A stretch of 64,000 bases of DNA. Source: Lingula anatina (lineage: Eukaryota > Animalia > Brachiopoda). The stretch is taken from positions 34,925,967-34,989,966 of the forward strand of contig CM120640.1 in assembly GCA_051362555.1 (NCBI GenBank), written 5' to 3'. A model generated the notes under the pieces. The model did no database searches. It was not told the origin of the DNA and saw nothing but the letters and a program-made list of their open reading frames with translations. The position numbers were made by a program, and so were the translations under genes. Below are positions 1 through 14,618 of this stretch, in pieces. The stretch's first letter is position 1. The number at the start of each line of letters is the position of its first letter.

Positions 1-979
1 ATAATTATGATTGTCAACCTTTTTTTACCTAGTTATGAATTCATACAGAATTAAATTAGAACATTTTCATAATTTCTGCAGAAAATAATAAAATTATAAT
101 GAAATCAAAGCAATAATTATTTAACCATGCTTTCACTGGCATTCTTTGCGGTTTAAAAGTTTTAAAAGATTATATAATGTTTACCAGCGGCAAAAGCCAG
201 GAAGACTGATTATCTTAATTTCAGCAACGGTTCCTGCTGCTATTGTACTGATCAGATTAGCAAGTCTATAATTGCTACAGCCTTTTCAATTACATACAGG
301 TATATTGTAAGTGATTTATGGCACGCTATGGTGACCGACTTCTGTCCTGTTGTCAAAGGCCATGAGTAATGTCTGAAAATGAAGCAGCAAATAGTTCTGA
401 CCAACTGTTTGATGCCACTGCACGTGGTTAATTACAAATTTAATTTGCTTTCCGGTGCAGCTGTGTTATAAAACTGCCGCAATTGCATTCATATTGTTTT
501 AGCAGCCATCAGGAGAGAGAGATAAGAGGCTTCTGTTAGATTGACTCTACATGGTTGAGTTTCCTTTGACTCTGGATTTCATTGTTCTAGTGTGGGTAGA
601 TCCTTGGATAGCAAACAACTTCTTCTTTCTACCAAGTGCGGAGGAGAGCTGGTGTCTTCTGAGAGTTTCTGTGTCTTTTAGATTTACTCAACAGTTACCA
701 GCAGACTGTATTTTACCACACAGAGCTTCTGAGGCATCTGTCTGTTATTACTTGACAGAAAGGAAAACTTAACCTCAAGGGGAAATGAGAAGAAGGCAAT
801 CTAAGTTCCTTCAGGCATGATGTGTGTTAGGAAACTGAAACATGTCAGTTGAGTAATCTGGAATTTACTGCAGGTGAAAGTTGAAATTTCATTCAACTTT
901 TTGTTATTAAACCAGAGGTAAAGTGGTAGACTGAATTTGAAGCTAATGCTGCACACATATGTTCAGTGCATTGTTGTAG

Positions 980-1129
980 AGAAGGTGCAATGACTGGTTG
1001 TCTACCAGTGACCAGAAAAAAGACTTCCCTAGGGATGAAAAGTAATTTTCATGTGCCTTATGATTCCATGGTACTGCGTTTTCGTTCTAGTCCCATTCCA
1101 CTTGGAGTTTTGCCTTCTAAGAAGCACAG
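980..1129 (+). CDS. Candidate symmetric (phase 2-2) cassette exon of the same unidentified gene
   Basis: ttgttgtag| acceptor, 150 nt open frame (EGAMTGCLPVTRKKTSLGMKSNFHVPYDSMVLRFRSSPIPLGVLPSKKH), cag|gtatgt donor. Phase matches the acceptor at 11896. Confidence 0.45.
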
Positions 1130-1349
1130 GTATGTCACAGACATGATAGACCATTCTGGTGTGCAAATACATATAAAATTTATTAATAAAATAGTATGTA
1201 GGTTTAACATATTGCTATATGCATTACATATTCATTGTGTCAAGATTGTATGCATTCTACATTGTAAATGGAATAATCTGCAAGTGATAATAACAATATT
1301 GAGAAAAAAAAACTCTGCCAATAGGTATACATAAACTATATAGTGTTAC

Positions 1350-1515
1350 CAGGACCATAGCCGGGGGAGGAGGTGTCGAAGGGTCGAAAAACCCTTTTTG
1401 CTGGGAAAAGGTCCACTCTGGGTAAAATTTGATCTTTGTCCTTAAAGATTTTATGGTAAAAGGTCCACTTTTTCAGAAAACGAACCCCCCTCTGAAATTG
1501 CTGGCTACAGGCCTG
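1350..1515. mobile_element. MITE with CAGG-CC-TAGCC type TIRs and 5-bp TSD
   Basis: caggaccatagcc ... ggctacaggcctg, with gttac on both flanks. Confidence 0.7.
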
Positions 1516-4500
1516 GTTACTGATTAGTATAAGCTACATATTAACGGACACCTGTACTAGTAGGATTTATATTTGGATTGTTTCAGTTACAGTATCTTAA
1601 CCAATGATTTAATCCATTTAAAAATTGTGAAGAAGATATACCACATCGCCTCTGGCTTTACTCTAAAATTGCATGAGTCCGAAGTTTCATACTCCAGAAT
1701 ACTAACAAAAAATACTATGTCACTAAGATTAACAATGCATTTACAGCAATTTTCATCATTGTTTTATTCAATTAGACGTGTCAGATCAGTTTTGTAGTAT
1801 TTTAAATTAGTATTTTAAATATGGTAAGTGATGCTGTGTCATTGAAAAGTTTTTCAAAAATGAAGCTTTTAAATCCATCACTTAAATTGTCTCTTGAAGC
1901 TTGATTCCATGTAGTAATAGATTTTAAAAACAGGATTAATATTTTTGGAAGTGTTTATTTAAGACATTTTGTTAGTATACTAGTAATTTAGTACTGTGCT
2001 CAAAATTATTCTTTGAAAAAGATCAAATTAACATCCAGTATTATGTTGTTAAACATTTAATGCATAACTCATCATTACGGCAAATATCAGATGAAGTGCA
2101 GTCTAGGAAATGTAAGCAGCATGACATTTTGCTGTTTGCGTAACTTGTGTATAACAATACTTCAGTGATTTATACATCCATTTTTATGGAAACACAAGGA
2201 GGCTCATGTTTTCATGAACTGTTACCAGACTTTTTGACACACATTTAATGAAACCTACTAGTAGCATTCTTCTATTGCCTAGCACTGAGAAAAAATACTC
2301 TGAAGCAAAACATCTTTGCTTGACACAATGTGTTTCTTTAACCCAGTCTTTTTTGGACTTCACTGATTTGTCTTATGCTTTCCATTTGTATAAACATGCT
2401 ATTGAAAAAAATCTTTAATAGCCATAGAAAATTTTTTCATTTGACTTGCATGCCATGGTAAATTAAAGTCAGTCTGCAGCCTTTTCATATATGCCAAGAT
2501 TGCTGAACTAAAGTGAAGTGATAACATTATCAGACTTCCATTCACTAAGCTGTAATCATATCAGTTTTTTACTTCATCAAATCATCATTTATTACCCAGC
2601 AAAGCATATTTAAGCAGATTTACAAATATAGGTACCACTATACTGCTACTGGCTGTAGTCACTGTTGCTAGGACTATGGAAATGTGAATCTTACTGTCAT
2701 TTTGAATTTATTATATTTTATTTGTAATGAGGCACAAAAAAACATTTGCTTTAAATATTTTCACCCGGCTCTCTTAAGTACAATCTTGCCAATGTGGTTA
2801 ACCCACATGCTATGTTATTTAAACATGTGCAGTGTCAATACATATAAATTTTTGCTTCAGTCACATTTGCAAAAGTTAGACTTTTAAATAACTTAACAAG
2901 TTGTGCTTGATAACCATCAGGTTGTTTATTTTAACAAATATTTAAGTTAGAACCCCTCGCCCCCTCCCTTTAAGTTTTTTTTTTTTTTCTATTAGGATAT
3001 ATTATGAATATTGAATGTCTGCAAGCATTACCCTTTTTAGAAAGTAGCACCATTCCACCCAAAACATCCACAGGAAATCAACAGTGAAAGATAAGAATAT
3101 TCTTTTATTTTCAAGAAATGACTGTTTTGTTTTCCTTCTTGGTATTTTTCAGAGTGCTTTATTGCATCATTGATCTGAATATCAAATAAGCGTGCGTGCT
3201 TTTGTTTTGCACCCATTTGAAATACTCTAGTCTGAAAAGTGATATTGAATTTATTTAACATAGGTGTAAATTGGTAAATGGTCTATAACAAAAGAACATA
3301 CAGTCATTTTTGGAAAGTAGGAATGGTTTTTATGTTGATTTAAGCCTTGATTCCTTTAAATATTCTTCACTGTATGAAATGTGATATGATAAATTGATCA
3401 GTGGTGTTAAGTAGCGTAGGAAAAGCTTAACTAAATACTAAAAATTACCTCACTTTTCAGGATACGAGTCGGTGCTTTCTAGGTTCTATTATGCTAACAT
3501 TTGCATGGGATCATATAGGAGTAAATAAATGTTGATTGAAAATGTCATCAGAAATATTAGATATGTCCGTTAATAATGTTGATTGCATAAAAGGCGTTGT
3601 TTTCTAAGAAAATACACCAGGTCTGAAGAGTCGTACTCATTTTTTGTTTGCTTCATGCGGATTGGTGTGAAGAACGTCGGGGTAACATGTTTGTATTTTG
3701 TTAAGCACTTAGTTGTGACAGTTAGCTGAAAGACCTTATATTTGTCCAGTCTGCGATATCTGTGTGTCTAACTCTGGTGACGTAGTGTAGTAGACAAGAG
3801 TTTGCCTCACACCTCTTTATGCGTACAGTGTTCACACACTGAGAGCAAACATCATTAATGATAAATAACCACAACCCTGTTTTACTTACAATACTCCAAT
3901 TAAGTCATGCTTGTGCACCTATTCATTCAGTGTAAAGTCAAGCACAGTTTGACTGTTTTTTAATCCATCTTAATATTGTTAACGAGGGTCAAGACTGTGG
4001 TTACTGCATCGGGTCTGACGTCTCTTAAAACTTTAATATCAGTCGGCAAGCCCACGTAAGGAAAGCTTGAGACTACTTGGTATTCTGGTCTTGTTGATCG
4101 ATCAATTAATCGGGCTTGGAGTTGTATGCAGCCAGATCATTTTTCCATTTGATACGGATGCAGGTAGGGGCAGTGAAGGAGAATCCAATATCCAGGTAGC
4201 ACAGATTGAGTTCTTGCATTTGGAAAAAAAAGGAGAATATTCTTACCAAAGGATTGACCTCTGAAGGATATATCAGTGGAGGCAATACACATATATATAA
4301 TTTTCCTTAATTGGAAATTTCTCAGCAAACAAAATTTTCATGTAGCAGAAAAAACTGTATATTCCTGATTTTCTTGGAAAAAACAGAACCAGCATCAAGT
4401 AGAAACAATGAACTGTCAACATTAATTTGTCCATAGTGCACTGAGACAGTAAACTTCAGTTTTAGCTTGGTTCTTATTGATACGTGGGATTATACATAGG

Positions 4501-4631
4501 ATATAAATGTACTTGTTCAGAGGGATAGACATAACTATTAACATAACTGATATATGCAGTATTTAGATTTGTCATACATGTATGTTTGATATTGAAGTAC
4601 AACAATATGTCTTCCTGGCTGCTGCTGACAG

Positions 4632-4854
4632 TAGTTGTACTGGGGTAGTTGTTGCTGCTTTAGCTATGAAGCATGGTCAGGACTGGCGTGTATACAAACC
4701 CTTACCACCAGTTGTAGGAAAGCAAGCAAAGATGAAGAGAATGTTGGAAGTAGAAGAAGAAGAATATGTGGCAGCCTTGCGTAAAGCACTGCAAGAACTA
4801 AAGCAGAAAAAGGCACAACTAAAGCAGGCGCCTGTCAGTGTATGCACAGTATAG
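4632..4854 (+). CDS. Candidate alternative terminal exon encoding a coiled coil
   Basis: ctgctgacag| acceptor in phase 2. Coding-like composition (KPLPPVVGKQAKMKRMLEVEEEEYVAALRKALQELKQKKAQLKQAPVSVCTV*). AATAAA near 5790. Confidence 0.45.
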
Positions 4855-7688
4855 TAAGTAAAAAGAGTTTCATAAAATTTTATTTGAAAACATATTTTTG
4901 ACAAATCGGTATAGTTGGTTGTATTTAAGTAAGATTAAGTTTTTAGCTTCTGGGGTGTCATTTAAATCTATAATTTCGACTGGTGACACAATTCGCTATT
5001 GCATTCATGGATTTTATTAGGCATGTCATTTGGTTGTGAGACCAGAACAGATGGTGTGAATTGTTATTCATGTACCAACAAGCATCCTTAAATATCAATT
5101 ACAGCTATGATTGGCATGTTTGGAAATTCCTGTATGACTGGCTTATTTTTTAGAGGTCACACTTAGCTTATTTATTACTCCTTGTGATGCACCCTTGCTA
5201 GTTTTCTTTTATAGCAGCGGTACTTAAATTGTGCCCAAGTGATAGGTACTAGAATTATTAGTTTTCACATTTATTACCTTTCATATTCTCCTAAAACAGG
5301 TTTGCATTTTAAGTAAGTAAAAAGTGCCTCTCTGGTTATTATTCAACTTTTATTTACTTGAACTGAGAGGACTTTTCCTGTCTGTCTCAGTGGAATGGCC
5401 ATTGGTGTATCCCAAGGGTTTTGACAGTTTGTATTTGGTCTGTCAATACAAAACTGCAGTCATTTATGACAAAAATTAGCTTAAATTTCAGGTTTAGTAA
5501 ACTGAATCAATATGTGCATAGTGAAATGATTGGTAAGACAGTTTTAGATTATTTTAGTTATTTGTTTTTGTTTTTATGGTTGTCATGATTGTTGGCAACA
5601 CATGTAGTACATGGTCTACATAAGAAAGCTATTGAACCAAATTACATGAACTTTTCAAGAAGGATCACTGGTTATGATATTGATCAGAATTATGTCAGTA
5701 CTGAAGAATTATCTGTAATCTTTTGTGCAGAGAATTAGTTTTATCGAACAATTAATTAATAGTAGTGCTCTTAATGCCTTTTTTTCAGAAATAAAAAGTG
5801 CATTTTTTATACAGTGGATATTTTGTTACCCATGCCATAATTATAAGTTGTGAAAAGGTACATTAATATATTATAAATATATGTAAAGCTAAGTATTGAC
5901 AAGAGAGGTGCTTGCATTATCTTTTTCAAAAAATCTCTTCACCAGCAATTTTCTAGATCTATTCATTATTGATTGATGTGTTAGTTGTGCTCTGTTTCTC
6001 AACCAAACACAATTGCGTATACTACCTAAGAAATCAGAGAGAAAAAGATGCAGCATGCCAAGTTTATAAATTGCTGCTTATGGCAATTCTTGCAAGTAGA
6101 TCAGTAAATTATAATGTAAGTTTGAAATATGCTGCACTTACACAGAAATTTCAATAAAATATATTTCTTTTTCCTAATGCTGGAGAGAATACATGCATTG
6201 CAATTTTTGGCCATAACCTTATATTGGGTTCAGATTTCACTTCAGTGGAATAATTTTAGTACTAAAAATTTAAACGTGTGTGAGTTATGCATTTGTATTT
6301 TGTTTTCACTTGATTTAGGTGAGGTATTTAGGTTAACATGTCTGAAAACTGGATTCAAAGGTCATTTCTGCATTTAAAAATAGTAATATCCCTCAAACAA
6401 GTCCTGTTGACATAGAAACAAGAACAATAATTCAGAATGTAACGGAAATTATAAAATGTGGATTATTCAGTAGCATATAAGACAAATAATGATTTTTGTC
6501 TATTGTCCTCGGCCAGCAGTGGTATATGCCCTTTATGTTATCATTGCCTCCTCGCTAACTTGATTAAATTTCATGAAATAATGACCCATCAAAGCAGTCA
6601 TATTTAGAAATCTTAACACTGCAAATATTCTGTAAAGCATGCTAGAGTACACGCTTTCAACTGGCTGTTTTTGTGGGCTAAGAGCCCCCCATTGAAACCA
6701 AACCCTGAATAGTAAAAGAAAACATGCTCCCATAAGTATTTATATTCACCATAATTCAACAGTCTGAATAACCTTAAGACGCACTTCAATGGTGAATGGC
6801 ACGTGGTGTTTCTATGTTTTAAGAGGTAATGTTGTAGCTCAGTGTAGTAGAGGGTCATGCAATCACCGCTAAATGTGCATTTAAATGAAAACCTTTGGCG
6901 TCATGGTGCGGAGAGCACAGTCCATTGGGTCGTAGCTACCTGTGGGACCACTTCAGTAGGGGATTAGGGACACTTAAAAAGAATTGTGTCTTGAAAGAGA
7001 AATGTTGAAAATCTAAAGGATTAAGAAGTCTTTTACCAAGGGTGTCTAGGAGGAGTTGGTTTGGTTGAGGGAGATGAGAAGAAAATATTCTTTGACAGGC
7101 TTGTGTTTGTCGTAATGTATGGGTGTTTTGTGAGCCAAAGAAAATAGCTGGAGGAAAGCTTTAGGATCTGTCACATTTGTAGTGAAAATTGTGACTTGTA
7201 TCCAGGGAAATTGACAGACTGGATAGCTACTTCAAAACAAGGACGATTTTCAGGATGGTGTATTCCCATGGCATAGACCTATAAGGCTTATGTTTTGGTT
7301 ATATTAACCAAAGTAAATAGGAATACTGGGAGACTAGATTTGTATTGAATATCTGAGATAAAGATATTGAAGTATTATCGCTTTGAACTGTTTTATCCAA
7401 AGGATCACATATAATCTTACGCAGAAAATTGCAGGCTTTGAATGGAATGTTTTTTACAGTGGAGTAATATATGATGCTATAGTAACTGCACGTCCTTGGA
7501 CCAACTGAAAACAAGGCTATAAATTACCTTTGATCTGTTACACTTTGACAGCTATAGTGTATCAGTATCAGTAGTGACATTCCAGTCACACTTGAAACTG
7601 GCTTTTATAAAGCAGTGGAAGGTGAAAAACCTGATATATTCCCATTGTGTCTGGTACATTGAACACCCAGCAAAACAGTGGCTGACAG

Positions 7689-7944
7689 CAGAAAGAGTAG
7701 GACCATGCCCGCATTACTTCTCTCCCGTCAGGGATCAGGAAGAACTGATGCTTCTTTACATCTACGAAATAAGGTACTTCGCCAGATTTATGGAGCTTGT
7801 GAAATAACTTTGTTGGCTGATGATGTGGAACCTGTTCGATCATATGGTGGAAGGCCAACTTCCTCGGGGTCTTCTTTAGGAAGGGGTGTGTTTACACCAA
7901 GATTTGGAATTGGACCACGGTATGGCACATGTTATGTGATATGA
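7689..7944 (+). CDS. Candidate alternative terminal exon ending in CaaX-like CYVI
   Basis: tggctgacag| acceptor in phase 2 with a weak pyrimidine tract. Open frame RKSRTMPALLLSRQGSG...PRFGIGPRYGTCYVI*. Confidence 0.35.
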
Positions 7945-10900
7945 GTATTTTTGTCCTTTAGTTTTTACATTTTAGTTAATTATCATATTTGTCACTTGTT
8001 GCCGGCTTTATCAGAATTGATGATTTCATATTTAAATGTTATCAAGGGGTTGATCGATCACAACCTTGATATCATATTAAGAAAATGACAATTCTAAAGT
8101 GAAGTGTGTGTATATGCAGGTATTTTCAGCTGTAAACTTTAGGAACAGAAAGACAGTTTTAAGTTTAAATAACAAAGTTTTTATTTACCAGTATGAGGAC
8201 ATGAAAATGCCTTATCTTCAAGATAAAGTTATTTTTTAAGTGTTCAAGCAATTTGCATTTTGGTGACCCCATTCCATGTTTAAGCTTTTGTGGCTTTTTT
8301 TCAATTCAGAAAGATGTTTTCTTTAAAAATATTTGTGTGCTTTCAAGAAAACTTTTTTGTTTACTGTTTCTTTAACTCACTAACCCTGTGTAAATGGCTT
8401 TTTCAGTGCTTAGTTCCAGTAGTTAACCCCCTGACACTATGAACAAAGAACATAACCATAACCAATTAAAGCAGTCCATATACTTTAAAAGAGTAAGTTT
8501 GAATTTGGCTACAAGAGGTTTTATGTCGCACATTGTTGGGAGAAAAAAAAACTTCTCTATTTTTAACAAATTTAAATACAGGTTTCCAGGGCTGTTATTA
8601 CTTTGGAGCATAAAGCCAGTATCAAGCACAACACATAACAGTTCTTTTACATTCTACTACCACATTGAAACATGACATTTGGCCTTCACGATCAGCCAAA
8701 GGTCTTTTGGTAAAGTTCTATTGATTAGCACAGGCTTTTCTTTTGTCTGACTGAAGCTGTTTACAACATTATAAATTTGTGCCGTGTCAAAGTACAATTG
8801 TACCACCAGGGCTGTTTCCAATAGCTGTACTGATGTCAACAACTTTGCCAGGACTAAGTTGATCTGTAGATCCGATTTCTGATCAGCAATAACAATGTGA
8901 TTGTGTTTTTGGAATGTGTTTTTTGATTCGTGATGGGTCAACACTGCAGTGTAACGTCACCACTGCAGCAATCTGATTTGACTGCTGGCTTTGGAGGAAA
9001 ATCTTCTAAGGGCCAACACAAGGCAACTCCACAAATTAAGCTGGAATCCTTGTCACTTGTTAGTTATGATATAAGGTATGGTTAGTACATGTATCTGTTA
9101 TGGTAATTTTATTGTTATGCAAAAATTTGGTTCAGTAGTGAAATACATTTGGTGCTTGCACAATACGTACAGTGAACAGGTGTCAGTCAGTGGTAAGTTA
9201 GAGATGAAATATGTCTCTTGATTCTTAGGTTTTGTAGAAGGAATAATATAGTTTTGTATAAGAATTAAGAGTCAGAATAACTAGTTATTAACAATTTCAC
9301 TTTTTCTTGGAGAAATGATGAAAACTTTCCATAATGATATAAGATATTAAATTAAATGTTGATAGAATTGGTTATATCAGAATTAGTCTCAGTTCAGAAT
9401 TAACAAGGCATTGTATTTTGCACTATGCTTGTACATTTAAATCAATACAGTTTGACCTGCATTTGAACATTGTATATTCAAGCAGCATGTTATATAACAA
9501 CTGGTACTGCATCCCACAATACCCTGCAGTTTTTCAGACAACCACCAGATGGCACTAGGGGTACTAATAGCCCCAACCTGAATGTGCTTTTCAAAGACGT
9601 GTGCAATTTGCCTTTGCGCATTCACTATTTGCACAATGTTGTTTCTAAAAACTGTCCTTTTGAGATGAAAATAACCTTCCACACATATTGATCCTACCAC
9701 GTGTACATAGACCTCTCGTCTTTCATTTAACCCACAATGTCTGCTAAACGCTGCTTTTAAAGAAATTGTATTTACTGTATCCATTGAGGTGTTTACTCAG
9801 TGGCAGCACTTGAGCGATAAATAGGGGGACTTACTTGATATGCAGGACACAGCGCAGGTTGTGTGTGCAGAGGGCAGGGTTACTTCAGACATGTTAAGAC
9901 ATCCTATAGCCAATCATCTCAGCAGTGAGGCTCTAATCTTTGCTTTGGTATCTGATTATTTCAAGTATTTACCATAGAGGATTATCTAGGATGCAGAAAC
10001 CAAAGCATATCAACCAGCAGTGCCCTTGGTTGTTCCCGGTTCGTTTGAAACCACTATGGCCGGGTGTACAGTTAACGATGAGTGTGTAAGTCAACTTGGA
10101 GATGAAATGTGTCGTTGTTTGTGTTTTGTGGAGTGAGGAAATGGGCATTGTTAGTAGATGTTAGTCGGTGATGTTCATGCTCAGGAATGTTTTGAAAATG
10201 CCAAAACATATCATACTACGTTGTCCGTGGTTATTTCAAGTGCGTACCCATGTGCCTCAAAGACGTAGAGAACGATTCCAAACTTACATGTAAGTCTGCA
10301 TAGAAGAACTTTTTATTATTTCTTTTTCTAAAAGTCTTTTTTTTTAAATCTGCTAATCATGTTTTAATATTCCTAAAGATCAGCTTTTAAATCCAATTGA
10401 TAAGTCCACAAAAACTACTTTGAAGCTGAATATTTTTTGAAAGCAATGGTTCTTTGTACCTGTCAGTTGTGAACTATATGTTGTGACAACACACAGCTCT
10501 TGGAGATATAAGTCAAATAAAATTTTGACAGAGAATTGGAAAATCACTTATGTATTTCACCTTTGCTACACCTGTTATGAAGCACAAGTAACTTTTTATC
10601 AAATTATGTAAATGTTACATTATGAAGTAAATAATTCTTCATAAGTTTATTGATCAGAGGAAGATCCTTTTATCATAAATCACATGTTGCTTATGGTGCC
10701 TTAATCAATGTATCCCGAATTAGCCCGCTGAACCTCATTTTTTCTTTTGTATTGTGCCTACAACCTCCAGTGAATATTTTATAAGACTATCGATTTTAGC
10801 ACCAAATCTTTAATTTGTTTGACTTTTCTTACTCTCTTCATGGATTAAAACAGGTGTACAATCAGTAGACAGAATGTTTATTAGTTCTTCTAAGATGTGG

Positions 10901-11895
10901 TGTAGACAAATCCTACCCCCAGATGTAAGGCCTATAGCAGTGAAAGTGAATCTTATTCCTAGTGAAAGGAGACAAAATTCAGCTGAGAACAAACTTATAA
11001 AAGTAAACTTCATACAGTCTCCTGTGAAGTCGGCTCGTTGGTAAGGGCTTTCAGAATATTGTCTAAGTCTGTGAGGTGTTTATGTACAGTATAAATCTTC
11101 ATGTGTGTTGAAATTATTAATGTCGGAAATATCAGCTTGTTTTGTGTACAGAGTGATTTAAGTATGAAAAGGAAATGTCAGTTTTCAAAGGCATTTGTGT
11201 TTGAGTTACATATTACTAGGTCAATGTTGGTAGAGATTGGTAGCACTAACAGATAGAGACTAGTATAGGGTGCCTTTTGATAGGCTTGACATTCGTTACA
11301 AAGGCATCCAGTGAACAAGTTCTTTTTTATACGATTACTGTTTTTTAATGAATTTTTCATGACTCTGCTGCACTCCTTGGCCTTCGTTCATTTCCTGTTC
11401 CAGCTTGTACAGTATAAGATGATAAGAATTTAACTCATTATATGTCGCTTGAAAAAAAATCCAGTAGAGGCTGGGAAAGTGTCTAGACATCTACTGTCCA
11501 TGTGGTTACGATTTTTATATCAATAACAAATTCAGAAGCTAGATCCCAAGATATGCATTTACTGCAACTTCTACTATACATGTGTATGTGAAATCAATTA
11601 TTTACAGCAGTGGAAAAAACTTCTTTGATTTTACCACACTGTATAAATTGATTTGTTCATGTTTTTCATGTTCTATTAATAGAGAAAACGTATTTTCAAC
11701 CATTTTTTTTTTTCTTTTTTGTACTGTAGATAGGAGTTTTAACATGCTTTGAAATAAGGAGCGGCTTGTTTGTTCTCACAATTTTTCATTTCTAGCATTG
11801 GTCAACACTCTCCGAAGTAATTCCCACTGAATAGTTACATACTGTAAGTAACATGACAACATTAAATTATGTCATTCTCTTCTTTTCCTTTACAG

Positions 11896-14066
11896 TTCTA
11901 CAAGCACCCCTCCAGTGCCGTTTTCCTCCACAGATCTGCTCAGCTCATACTCCAAAGATCCCAACCTAAGGCATCATAACCACCACCTCCATCATCACCA
12001 CCACCACCATCAGCACCATCATCACCATCTTCCTCCAGATGAACTGCGCAGGAATTCCCAGCTTTCAGATCTGGGGGACAGGGACAGGTTACGCTCTAGT
12101 CATGATGGAAGGCAGGATGGTCAAGACAGCAGGGAGTTCATGGAAAATAGTAATAGTAGAAGTGGCTCAAGGAAAGGGACTATGTCAGACCGAGGTAAGA
12201 CATGACTCGTGTTCAACTGTAATTGGTTGAAATGATTGATTTTGCTGGATTCTTGTCTAATTTAGTAAAACCAAAATAGCTTTGTAATAAACCCATATAA
12301 AATGTATTATGAATCAACTCGGGCTGTATTTCCACCATTGCATTGGTAGTACATGTACTTTATACCACTTAAATTTGCTTCCATTTTGTATTAAGTTTGA
12401 ATTTTTTTTGTAAGTAACTTGTCTAGGATCTAGGCCTGGTTTTGCTTTCAAGCTGGCTTCTTTAATTTTGTGGATGCTGAAAAAGTATTTTAATAAGGTC
12501 CACCTAGGTGCTGGGAGAAGTAAATATCCCCTTTTGTTTGGGAATTTTGACACCTGAAGCAATTTCTTGTGCAATTCGATCTTTATATTAGTGTAGCATT
12601 GTTCAAGGTATTTTACATTTTCCTCTATTGAGATAGTCAAATATAGTTTCTATAGCATTTTGTTGTAGTGAGGCAAAGCTTTGGTTGTTTAAAATACCTG
12701 TATGCCTTTACAAATTGATCGATATTAGGTGACCTGTGTTCCCTCCTAAGATGTAAAACAGTTTTATTTTATTCTTCTAATAAGAAGTCACTATGAAATG
12801 TTTTTGTTGTGTTAACTTTAAAAACCAAATAACAAGTCTCATTTATGTGAGAGGCAGTGTGGTGTTATTACTGTGAACCTAGATAAATAAGAGTATCTAA
12901 CTTTTATGGGAAAAAATATGTACAACATTTGACGAAGCCTAAGATCAATGTGATCTATATGCAACCTATTTAAACTGATAGTAAGTCAATGTTTGCTGTG
13001 GTCACAGTCTACAATGACTTCCATACTTAATGCTTGAAGAGCTTAAAATGTTTGTCATGGACATTGGTATTTAGAATTGCTGCAGGGAATCTATACTGTA
13101 GAATAATATTGTGTTCAATCAAGAGTCACTTTGACTACAATTATATCCAAGTCTCACTCAGTGTTCTTTGGTAATAAATTATTATTCTATCTTATTTGTT
13201 TAATTCTTTTCTGAAAAAAAATTGTATTACATAAGAATTAATTTTATATTACTGGCACATTACACAAGTGATTGGCTATGCAAAACAATTCTATGCACCA
13301 GTGAAAATAAAAAAAGTAAATGAGTGGTTTTATATTACAGGCTCACCAGAAAAAGATGCAGACGACAGACCACCTTCTATAGCAGGCCCAAGAGATAGAG
13401 CTCAATTACCTATAAAACCAAACTACTTTAAACCTAATGGTTTAAGAATGTCTGTGATCAACCCAAGACTCAGTGGATCTAGTATGTTCTTTATTTAACC
13501 TCATTAAATACATTCAGTGAAATTTACCATAAAAGAAAAGGATTGGTTCCAAATTTACAGGTACCAGTTCTCAAATAAAAAAAAATGAAATAGAAGAATA
13601 AGTATTTGCATTTAATATTGTTTCTGTTAACTTTAGGTCGTGATTCAGAGGATCTGGTAGCAACAGGGACCAACTGGATGCCCCTCCCATCAGAAAAACC
13701 CAGAACAACTCGCAGTGGCCAGTCTGTCAACAATGGTATCAGCAATGGCAGCTCTCAGGTTGCTGGACCCTTCCCACCAAAGCGCACAAATAGTCGATCT
13801 ACAGCAAATCAGGGGTCCTCCACACAATACTCAGGAAGCAACAGAAAATCAAAAGATACAGGTTTGTTATTCGTTACCTATGTGTATTGTAAAATTCAGG
13901 ATAAAGTAGGTACTTGAACTTCAGGCCTAGAGTAAAATTGAAAGTGGTGATCAGGTTTTTTATTAGCAATAAAATTGATCCTCTTGTCTGTATCTCTGAA
14001 AATTGATAAATTGATGTGGCTTTCAACCAATCATTCAGAGGGGGGGAGTGAAGATGTAAATTGTTC

Positions 14067-14097
<31 letters not shown>

Positions 14098-14539
14098 ACA
14101 CACACACACAAGGTTTACCAAGATAGATAAGCTAAAATGAGATTTACGTATTAATGTTAAGTGTACAGACCTGCATATCTGGTTGCTGAGCAATAGTATT
14201 AGTATTTTGCTTGCCATAAGCCTTAAGCATTGTCACTTTCTTCACCTCCATATATTACAGCTTTGAATATGTAAGCCTTTTTGTTTTTACATCACAAGCA
14301 TATTGACAGAGAGAATCTAATGGAATTCAACCGCATGATATAATGTGTAAGGAAACCTGGAATCTTATGTATTTTTATGTTTTATTTTATTTTTAGAGCC
14401 CAAATATCCAGATCCAATGGTTGGTGCTACCACTGCATCCTTTCAGACAAGAATAGCAGAGCTAAATGCTTTGGAAGTAGAGACAATACGATGGGAAAAA
14501 TCAAGAAAATTCAAGAAGAAACCAAAACAAGACTCATAG
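11896..14539 (+). CDS. 3' part of an unidentified protein (5' exons not found in window): His tract, S/R/G-rich disordered region, helical C-terminal motif
   Basis: Exons 11896-12194, 13341-13481, 13637-13861 and 14397-14539 are all GT-AG and phase-consistent (2|1,1,1). Translation runs ...HHNHHLHHHHHHHQHHHHHLPP...GSPEKDADDRPPS...EPKYPDPMVGATTASFQTRIAELNALEVETIRWEKSRKFKKKPKQDS*. AATAAA at 15047 and 15342. Confidence 0.8.
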
Positions 14540-14569
14540 CATTTTTTAAGATAAAACGATCTGTTGTTC

Positions 14570-14571
<2 letters not shown>

Positions 14572-14615
<44 letters not shown>
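14572..14615. repeat. Poly-T tract in the 3' UTR of the unidentified gene
   Basis: Seen directly. Confidence 0.9.

Positions 14616-14618
<3 letters not shown>

Noticed and set aside
9790-10140. GC-richer island as another alternative exon
   Set aside because: Several frames are equally plausible and no acceptor or phase can be chosen with confidence.
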